Shown: one piece after another, positions 49,892-54,538 of the stretch
Layout of the letters: every line of letters starts with the position of its first letter
Position numbering within the stretch: position 1 is the stretch's first letter
Source of the DNA: a virus
DNA: 54,538 nt
Reading direction: 5' to 3' (one strand)
IMG/VR virus record: IMGVR_UViG_3300029220_000010
Translations under genes and position numbers: made by a program
The notes under the pieces: generated by a model
What the model saw: only the letters and a program-made list of their open reading frames with translations
Told to the model about the DNA's origin: nothing
The model's database searches: none

Positions 49892-50451
49892 TGGACTATA
49901 CAGGGACTTTTGATAGCTTAGCGGTGGATTTTGCCACCAATAAGCAAAAAGCCAGTCTGACGCTAAATGAAGACGCAAGACAGGCATTTGAGAACCTTAG
50001 AGGTAAGCAGATTACAATAACGATTAAGGCATACAAGAAAAAAAGAAGTCTCGATGCAAACTCTTACTTTCATGTACTGGTTGGAAAGATTGCAGATGCG
50101 ACCGGGAACAGCAAGGTATACATAAAGAATAAGCTAATAGCGGAATACGGACAGTACGAAACCATTAACGGTGCATTAGTTCCGCTCCCATTGGACGATG
50201 ATATAGACGCATACAATGTGGAATTTGTTCATCTGCAACCTACATCTAGGACAACCACCAATCAGAAAGGAAAAGTATTCCGGGTGAATCTGGTAATGCG
50301 AGGTTCACATACTTACGATACCGATGAAATGTCAAAGCTGATTGACGGGACTGTGTACGAAGCGAAAGAACTTGGCATAGAGACTATGACACCGAACCAG
50401 ATAAGCGAAATGAAAGAAAGATGGGGTGTGAAGATTGGCGAAAAGACTTAA
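49891..50451 (+). CDS. NinB/Orf-like recombination mediator
   Basis: By eye, ITITIKAYKKKRSLDANSYFHVLVGKIAD aligns to lambda NinB IVVTIQERNRSLDQNRKLWACLGDVS. Confidence 0.5.
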   Translation: MDYTGTFDSLAVDFATNKQKASLTLNEDARQAFENLRGKQITITIKAYKKKRSLDANSYFHVLVGKIADATGNSKVYIKNKLIAEYGQYETINGALVPLPLDDDIDAYNVEFVHLQPTSRTTTNQKGKVFRVNLVMRGSHTYDTDEMSKLIDGTVYEAKELGIETMTPNQISEMKERWGVKIGEKT

Positions 50452-50731
50452 AAGTGTATTCACTGACGATATGGAGCACTGCTACTTTACGGGAAGTCCA
50501 AACTGTCACAGACACCACATTTTCTATGGTCCGTACAGAAAAAAATCGGAAGAATACGGATTTGTGATACCGTTAGCACCACATTTACACGAATTTGCGC
50601 CAGAAAGCGTACACGGGAACCCAAACAGTGGGTTGGACTTAGAACTCAAGCAGATGGCACAGAGATATTTTGAAGAACACTATGGAACAAGAGAAGGGTT
50701 CATACAGGTGTTCGGAAAGAACAGGTTGTAA
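50435..50731 (+). CDS. His/Cys-rich conserved phage protein
   Basis: TTG start; contains HCYFTGSPNCHRHHIFYG...PLAPHLHEFAPESVHGNP. Confidence 0.5.
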   Translation: MAKRLKSVFTDDMEHCYFTGSPNCHRHHIFYGPYRKKSEEYGFVIPLAPHLHEFAPESVHGNPNSGLDLELKQMAQRYFEEHYGTREGFIQVFGKNRL

Positions 50732-50872
50732 CCAAATAAATATAGATTCATGTGGCAAAAATGGAACTATTAACAGGTTCTAACGCATATCATCTCACCC
50801 ATTCGATATGCACAGCACAAGATATTGTATCACGGCCGGAGAAGCCACACTCCGGCAGAAAGGAGAAAAGCG

Positions 50873-51226
50873 GTGGGAAAGAATAGAGAGACGGCAGAAA
50901 GCTATTTTATTCGAATACCGGATGGACATAGAAACGCAATACAACGTCCGTACGACATGAATGTTGATAGAATCTTTCGAAGAATGATAGAGCATGCGAA
51001 TAACAATGGTGACTGTATTGTGAATAATGGAGATGGCGTATTCAGACCAATTCCGGGTGATCCGGTAGATGAAAAAGCATTCCATGAATACATTGGGAAA
51101 GAATTACATAGAGCCAGAGCAATCCAGTATAAACGGCTCTGCATGAAGCAGACGTTTGAAAGTTGGAAAAAGATAGGTAGGGATTACAATGCATTACATT
51201 TTGATGGTGAAAGGCAAGCTGAATAA
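50873..51226 (+). CDS. Hypothetical protein
   Basis: AAAGGAGAAAAG SD then GTG 50873. Confidence 0.45.
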   Translation: MGKNRETAESYFIRIPDGHRNAIQRPYDMNVDRIFRRMIEHANNNGDCIVNNGDGVFRPIPGDPVDEKAFHEYIGKELHRARAIQYKRLCMKQTFESWKKIGRDYNALHFDGERQAE

Positions 51227-51560
51227 CATGAATGATTATATCCGAGCGCTGAATACAAACAGGTACAAGGGTGCGGATATGAAGAAAGATAATGAATCCC
51301 GTGTGATGCAAGCTATATATGAGCAATTCGGAAGATTGCGAATAACAAGAAAGGTACGGATGCACTACCGATGGTATGAGCCGGATAAGAGACGTGACTT
51401 GGATAATGTAAGCGCATTTGGGCGAAAGTGCATCCAAGACGCATTAGTAGATACCAAAGTCTTGCAGGACGATGGATGGAAAAACATAGTGGGATTCACG
51501 GATGAATTCTATGTTGATAAGAAAAATCCGAGAATTGAGGTGGATATTGAAGAGGTGTGA
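51189..51560 (+). CDS. rusA: RusA-family Holliday junction resolvase
   Basis: RRDLDNVSAFGRKCIQDALVDTKVLQDDGW...NPRIEVDIEE. Confidence 0.6.
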   Translation: MHYILMVKGKLNNMNDYIRALNTNRYKGADMKKDNESRVMQAIYEQFGRLRITRKVRMHYRWYEPDKRRDLDNVSAFGRKCIQDALVDTKVLQDDGWKNIVGFTDEFYVDKKNPRIEVDIEEV

Positions 51561-52279
51561 GCGAGAATTACATAAAACTTAGCAGAAAGATACTGGAATG
51601 GGACTGGTATCCAGATATAAAGACGTGTCGGTTGTTCTTACACATGTTGTTAAAAGCCAACTGGAAAGATGCAAGCTTCCGTGGAGAAGAGATCAAAAGA
51701 GGATCATTTGTCTCTTCGACATCCGTTCTTTCGAAAGAAACAGGGTTGTCTGAGAGCGAATTAAGGACAGCACTTTCGCATCTTAGAAAAACAGGTGAGA
51801 TTACATGTAAAACCACAAACCGATATACCGTATATACGGTGAATAACTATGCAAGATACCAGACTGAACAGAAGAATGAAAAAAAAGAAAAGCCGACCAG
51901 ACAGGAAGAAAAACCGGAGAAAGACAATGGATCCGTTGAAGCTGTCATAAAAGCCTGGAACGATTTGGAAAGATACGGGATAAAACCTGTAAAGAAGATA
52001 GAAAAGACTTCCAAGAGATATCAGAATTTGCAAGCAAGGTTAGAAAGCAACGGATTGGATGATGTCTTGAAAGCAGTGGACAATGTGAAGAAAAGCAAGT
52101 ACTTACAAGGAAAAGTGAAAAACTGGAAGATAACATTCGACTGGTTTGTACTCCCGAACAACTTCACAAAAGTGTCTGAGGGACAGTACGAGGATAGCGG
52201 ACAAGAGAAAAAAGGATTCAATAATTTCGATGGCCGGAACTATGACATGAATGATCTGGCTAGAAAACTTATTACATAG
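51557..52279 (+). CDS. Phage replisome organiser (DnaD-like N-terminal domain)
   Basis: NYIKLSRKILEWDWYPDIKTCRLFLHMLLKANW...GSFVSSTSVLSKETGLSESELRTALSHL. Confidence 0.7.
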   Translation: MSENYIKLSRKILEWDWYPDIKTCRLFLHMLLKANWKDASFRGEEIKRGSFVSSTSVLSKETGLSESELRTALSHLRKTGEITCKTTNRYTVYTVNNYARYQTEQKNEKKEKPTRQEEKPEKDNGSVEAVIKAWNDLERYGIKPVKKIEKTSKRYQNLQARLESNGLDDVLKAVDNVKKSKYLQGKVKNWKITFDWFVLPNNFTKVSEGQYEDSGQEKKGFNNFDGRNYDMNDLARKLIT

Positions 52280-52289
52280 GAGGAAAAAC

Positions 52290-52442
52290 ATGGAAAAACC
52301 GGATGGATGCACTTATCCAAACTGTTTTATCTGTCCTTTGGCAGACTGTAGTTGGGCGAGTGCTAAAGCGGAATTACCTGGAGAAACAAAGAAAAAGCGG
52401 AGAATAGTAAGACGTAGCAAAAAGAACGCTGTTCGGATGTGA
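52290..52442 (+). CDS. Small Cys-containing basic protein (50 aa)
   Basis: TAGGAGGA SD; contains GCTYPNCFICPLADC followed by KKKRRIVRRSKK. Confidence 0.45.
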   Translation: MEKPDGCTYPNCFICPLADCSWASAKAELPGETKKKRRIVRRSKKNAVRM

Positions 52443-52543
52443 CTTTGTGACAAGACAGGAACAGGCTATTGAGGAGTTTAAACGGAAATCACATTATGCG
52501 GATCCGTATGAATATTGGAAAAAGAAACAGGAGGAAAGTAAAA

Positions 52544-53155
52544 ATGAGAAAAAGTAATGTATTGGAATTAGCTAAGAAATTAGTAGCAGCTATCGAGAAA
52601 GAAGACCAGACAAACAAAGTGATGCTGAAAGATATCCCGGTTGGTGGGAAGTTTGATACTGGAATTGGACGATTTATTGTGCTGGAACAGAAAGAAGATT
52701 CCACTGCAGTTATTACAGAAGACTTATATCGTGAAGATGTGAAATTTGATGATGATTGTACGGAATACAGGAAATCATCATTAAGAGAACTGTGCGAGTG
52801 CGAAATTCTCAATGAGTTTTCTGATGAATTCGGAGAAGAAAATATTTGTACAAATGAAGCCGGATTAGTAACAGTTGATGGACAGGAAGTATTTGGAAAA
52901 CTCTTGACCAAAGTAAGACCTCTGACATTTGACGAAGCACGTGAATACAATGATCTGCTTGTAAACAAAGACCTACCGGATTGGTACTGGACTTGCACAT
53001 CTTGGAGCACGAAAGAAAGAGGATGGGAGTATTCAGTAGCGGTTGTTTCTCCGTCTGGTGACATCAACCGCAATTGTTACTACAACAGTCGCGGGGTGCG
53101 CCCATTTTGTATCTTAAAATCTAATATCTTTGTATCCAAAGTTGAGGAGGAGTAA
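52544..53155 (+). CDS. DUF6273-like protein, paralogue 1
   Basis: GGAGGAAAG SD; contains WYWTCTSW...AVVSPSGDINRNCYYNSRGVRPFCIL. Confidence 0.55.
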   Translation: MRKSNVLELAKKLVAAIEKEDQTNKVMLKDIPVGGKFDTGIGRFIVLEQKEDSTAVITEDLYREDVKFDDDCTEYRKSSLRELCECEILNEFSDEFGEENICTNEAGLVTVDGQEVFGKLLTKVRPLTFDEAREYNDLLVNKDLPDWYWTCTSWSTKERGWEYSVAVVSPSGDINRNCYYNSRGVRPFCILKSNIFVSKVEEE

Positions 53156-53158
53156 ATC

Positions 53159-53740
53159 ATGATGACGTTAAAAGAATTCGGAGAAAACCTTAAAAATCTT
53201 AATGAAGTTTTTGAACAGTTAAGAAAAAAATACCAGAAGCCGGAAATCGGAAAGACAATTGAAGTTGCCGGTATTAACTGGCTGGTGTTGGACAAGCTTG
53301 AAAAAGGATATTTTGCAATTTCGGAAGATTTTTACGGAAGAGACAGAGAGTTTGATGATAATTGCAACGACTGGAAAAGCAGTGATTTGAGAAATGAGCT
53401 CAACACAGATCTTCGCAAAAAGATTGAGAATGAGTTGGGAGTGGATTCACTGGTTGAATTTGAGCGCGATTTACTTTCGTTAGATGGTCAGACGGAATAT
53501 GGAACTTACAGAGATTATGTTTCACTTATTTCCGTGGATGAATACCGGAAGTATAGAAAGTTCCTGCCGAATAGGGGTAAATGGTGGTGGACACTTACAC
53601 CAAACAGCACGGCTTGTAATAATAATGACACCTATGTATCGGTTGTTTCTCCGTCCGGTAACATCATCGGCAATTCCTACAACTTAAGTAACGGGGTGCG
53701 CCCAGTTTGTATCTTTTCCTCTTCAATCTTTGAATGTTGA
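53159..53740 (+). CDS. DUF6273-like protein, paralogue 2
   Basis: WWWTLTPN...SVVSPSGNIIGNSYNLSNGVRPVCIF; the 3' region is also similar to paralogue 1 at the nucleotide level. Confidence 0.55.
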   Translation: MMTLKEFGENLKNLNEVFEQLRKKYQKPEIGKTIEVAGINWLVLDKLEKGYFAISEDFYGRDREFDDNCNDWKSSDLRNELNTDLRKKIENELGVDSLVEFERDLLSLDGQTEYGTYRDYVSLISVDEYRKYRKFLPNRGKWWWTLTPNSTACNNNDTYVSVVSPSGNIIGNSYNLSNGVRPVCIFSSSIFEC

Positions 53741-53751
53741 AAGCGACCAGC

Positions 53752-53922
53752 ATGGATTTATATAGAAAAATTAATGAAAGAGGTAATGAATTGACAAGAC
53801 AGGAACTGGAAGACAAAGAGCAAGAGGAATATCTTGCGGAGTGGTTAAGAAAAAAGAAAGAGAAAAAGAAGAAATTTAATTTTAGGAGGAACAAAAGTGG
53901 GAGAAGTAATAAAAGCTTATAA
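53752..53922 (+). CDS. Small Lys-rich protein
   Basis: 56 aa; ...EWLRKKKEKKKKFNFRRNK. Confidence 0.4.
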   Translation: MDLYRKINERGNELTRQELEDKEQEEYLAEWLRKKKEKKKKFNFRRNKSGRSNKSL

Positions 53923-54538
53923 AGGATTCAACAAAGGCATGACTTGCAGAGATTTCCAATATGAAGAGGGGAAAGAATACGAAGAAGAAAGAGCCGAAGC
54001 GTGCAACTGTGGATTTCATGCATGCGAGCATCCGTTAGATTGCCTTGGATATTATGATCCGGCACACAGTGTATATCATGAAGTCGAACAGAGTGGAGAG
54101 ATATCGAAAAGATCTGATGATACGAAAGTAGCATCTACGAAGATTAAGATCGGGGCAAGAGTGAACATTGCCGGATTGGTACAGGCTGCTATCGAATATA
54201 CGAAAGAAAGAGTTAAGCCAGAAGCAGAAGCTAATGAGGACTACGGGGCATCCAGTGCGACAGGCTACAAAGGGGCATCCAGTGCGACAGGCGACTGTGG
54301 GGCATCCAGTGCGACAGGCGACTGTGGGGCATCCAGTGCGACAGGCGACTACGGGGCATCCAGTGCGACAGGCAACTGTGGGGCATCCAGTGCGACAGGC
54401 AACTGTGGGGCATCCAGTGCGACAGGCGACTGTGGGGCATCCAGTGCGACAGGCTACAAAGGGGCATCCAGTGCGACAGGCAACTGTGGGGCATCCAGTG
54501 CGACAGGCAACTGTGGGGCATCCAGTGCGACAGGCTAC
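53897..54538 (+). CDS. 5' part of the junction-spanning repeat protein (DUF7666-like N-terminal domain plus GASSATGxx repeats)
   Basis: AGGAGGA SD then GTG 53897. IKAYKGFNKGMTCRDFQYEEGKEYEE...CGFHACEHPLDCLGYY. The frame is open to the window end. Confidence 0.8.
   Translation, partial: MGEVIKAYKGFNKGMTCRDFQYEEGKEYEEERAEACNCGFHACEHPLDCLGYYDPAHSVYHEVEQSGEISKRSDDTKVASTKIKIGARVNIAGLVQAAIEYTKERVKPEAEANEDYGASSATGYKGASSATGDCGASSATGDCGASSATGDYGASSATGNCGASSATGNCGASSATGDCGASSATGYKGASSATGNCGASSATGNCGASSATGY
54245..54538 (+). repeat. 27-bp in-frame tandem repeat, about 11 units at the window end
   Basis: Units GASSATG + YK/DC/DC/DY/NC/NC/DC/YK/NC/NC/Y..., with 21 of 27 nt invariant. Confidence 0.95.

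Larger units (their letters stand above)
1..54538. mobile_element. Complete or near-complete temperate siphovirus-type phage genome on a circularly closing contig
   Basis: Terminase, portal, capsid, tail, lysin, integrase, repressor and replication genes are all present. Nt 1-26 are identical to nt 54513-54538, and one CDS spans the junction. Confidence 0.85.

Noticed and set aside
54231-54521. 96-aa minus-strand ORF (MPHSCLSHWMPHSC... repeats)
   Set aside because: It is the mirror image of the + strand 27-bp repeat. The + frame is continuous with a conserved N-terminal domain and an SD-preceded start. The minus ORF has no start context.
54245-54538. Possible CRISPR array (regular 27-bp periodicity)
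   Set aside because: Units are contiguous with no spacers. Only 6 nt vary per unit, and the array is in frame inside a protein-coding gene.

Overview
This window is an essentially complete temperate phage genome of about 54.5 kb. It is siphovirus-like, with signals typical of a low-GC Gram-positive, Clostridia-type host: AGGAGG-type Shine-Dalgarno sites, a GH25 endolysin and a large serine integrase. The contig closes on itself. Nt 1-26 are identical to nt 54513-54538, and one gene (53897 to the window end, continuing 27-362) crosses the junction inside a near-perfect 27-bp tandem repeat. Almost all genes are on the + strand. In order: (1) accessory/early genes, including a frameshifted multi-TRD cytosine-5 methyltransferase and a second SAM methyltransferase (355-9950); (2) a serine integrase (10014-11369); (3) a small island driven by three copies of one promoter-operator-leader cassette (11546-13835), ending in a truncated Cas8c/Csd1-like protein; (4) packaging and head genes (14820-31600), interrupted by two inserts. 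The first insert carries fibre-like, CBM and holin genes (17903-20749). The second is an accessory block (21978-28340) with a DUF2829-RyR protein, a terminator-bounded 7-gene island of low-complexity, Cys-rich and ferritin-like proteins, and a tRNA-like gene with a 21-nt anticodon loop; (5) tail genes and lysins (32158-42640); (6) a minus-strand lysogeny block (42690-46330) with a motor-less FtsK-like membrane protein, a SHOCT protein, a CI/LexA-like repressor and an XRE regulator; (7) a purine-rich ORF-free stretch, an iteron origin, and recombination/replication genes (Sak/Rad52-like, NinB-like, RusA-like, replisome organiser; 47383-52279). I saw no CRISPR array, transposase or rRNA. All family names rest on motif recognition by eye; no database search was run. 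Start codons were refined only where an SD plus start codon is visible.
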